From NCBI GenBank assembly GCA_030704615.1, contig CM060732.1, positions 44,764,001 to 44,828,000 on the forward strand: a stretch of DNA of 64,000 nt, read 5' to 3'. The stretch comes from Takakia lepidozioides (lineage: Eukaryota > Plantae > Bryophyta). The translations under genes and the position numbers were made by a program. The notes beneath the pieces were generated by a model that saw only the letters and a program-made list of their open reading frames with translations, ran no database searches and was not told the DNA's origin. Below, piece after piece: positions 62,543 to 64,000 of this stretch (positions are counted from its first letter, which is position 1; every line of letters starts with the position of its first letter).

Positions 62543-64000
62543 CCACCTTGCCTTCCTGGATAGTTTCAATTGGCACTTCGGAGTGAGGTGTGTCTCTCGA
62601 TTCAAGTCATGCTGTGTATGTTGAGGATTTTCAACTCCCAGGAAAGTGGATGTGATAGGCCATTCGGGTTTGAAAGTATCACTGGACAGTATATTGTTGT
62701 CTCCTTCTCAAACTGTGTGTGGAAGGTGGACCATCCCATGCATGTTGCTTGAGCTGATCTACTTGAGGGGTATCAGTGATTACTGGAGTACCAGGCCTGC
62801 AAAATCAGATGCAAGCAATCTTGCAAACGAGATGATAGAGCCCATCCCTGCAAGGTTGCAGACCTGCATGGGGCGAGGCTCCTAATTACGCTGACTTGGG
62901 TTGGCGTCATCTCTCTCTCTGCAAATCTTGATGCTATTTACTCACATTGCAGCGCAAAAGAAAACATGTCAAACATCTTATGTGTACTGTAAAAATTTCA
63001 AATGTTTAATGAGAAGGCAGTACTCAATTCATTTACATTTGATTCTAACATACTCTATGACTATTGCACTTGCACCTTTCTTTCAGCAAGGCTCTCACTC
63101 CTATACAAGTGCCATCGGCCCTTGCCAACACCTCTGTAGACAGTCTGTACACATTCTGAGATATGCGTCATCAAATCCACGAGCTTCCATAAACTCATGC
63201 GCATTTGGTTGCCATTGGCAACTCGAAACAAGATTCTTCCATTTGATAAGCCCGTTGAGGATCATCATTTTGCACGTTGTTGGGCTGAGGTAGGAACAAT
63301 GCTCAGGGAATTACTTGCCTTCCAGGTCATTCACGGGTTCATCTACACCAAGACCAGGGAAGTACCTAGTCTTGTCATGGGCTGCGGAACATATTATGCT
63401 GCTTGTTTTATTTTACGATACCACACAGAGCAACAGAAAATGCAGATGAGGTACCAGACTTATTCCATGGGAGCATTGGACATTACCTCCAGTTCCAGAT
63501 CACAAGTACCTGTATGATGTGAGGCTCATGCTTCAGCGTGATACCCAGCTCCGTGATTGGTTTTCTTTTGCTCTGAAGGACTTAGGCAAACTGACCTGGG
63601 ATTACGATCACATTTTTCCCAAGGGGCATGAGGCCATGCCAAGAAGTGGCTCCACTTTTCAAAAGTGATAGGCACACCACTCAATTACACAGATGAGGAG
63701 CTACGGGCATATACGGGCATATACTACACGTGCCCGACAGAAGGTGGCACAAGTATTGTTACAAGGTGTTCCAGACATGGTAGGCAGTCATGGGGTGCCA
63801 GTCAAGCTTCCCGAAGTGCAGCCGAAGGTTAGGAAACAGAAAGGACAGCGGGGGATAGTGACTCTAATACCACTGGTTCTTTAGATGACAACTTTGACAT
63901 GGTTGAGGACTATGAGGAAACCATGGAGGAGAAGAGGAGAAGAGGAGAAGAGGCTCTCCTGTTCCTGACAGACGGCCCCCACTTGATTCCAAGACAGTCC

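Noticed and set aside
63080-64000. Short ORFs at the window end
   Set aside because: No recognisable motif and no supportable gene model.

Overview
Eukaryotic nuclear DNA from a non-flowering land plant, most likely a bryophyte. This is inferred from GT-AG spliced genes, a plant-type phenylalanine hydroxylase and PLS-class PPR fragments. Apparently intact genes: SEC63/ERdj2 (57-5915,+), a P-type chloroplast PPR protein (15684-18561,+), PI-PLC (46310-51106,-), a SMI1/KNR4-like plant protein (53596-55384,+), and a divergent pair made of a conserved plastid-type coiled-coil protein (56354-59886,-) and a Ycf49/DUF2499 protein (60202-62542,+). Decayed or decaying genes: a full-length SMC1 pseudogene (about 8620-14412,-), an inverted partial copy of the PPR gene, and a PAH gene (28450-42988,-) with substitutions at normally invariant residues. 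The most striking structure is the 12-kb last intron of PAH. It holds a 10.7-kb PIF/Harbinger element (15-bp TIRs, TAA TSD) that carries its Myb/SANT ORF plus intron-containing captured pieces of PARP1 and a GH79 heparanase-like gene. These captured exons are themselves interrupted by an unclassified CCCGGGGGG-ended DNA transposon (which contains a LINE) and by a hAT MITE. A second composite at 19.7-26.0 kb is a pair of MULE-like elements; one holds a ~120-bp satellite, two solo LTRs and captured PLS-PPR fragments. An RLE-type (CRE-like) non-LTR retrotransposon sits immediately upstream of PAH. All family calls are from motif recognition by eye with no database search, and exon boundaries are approximate unless stated.
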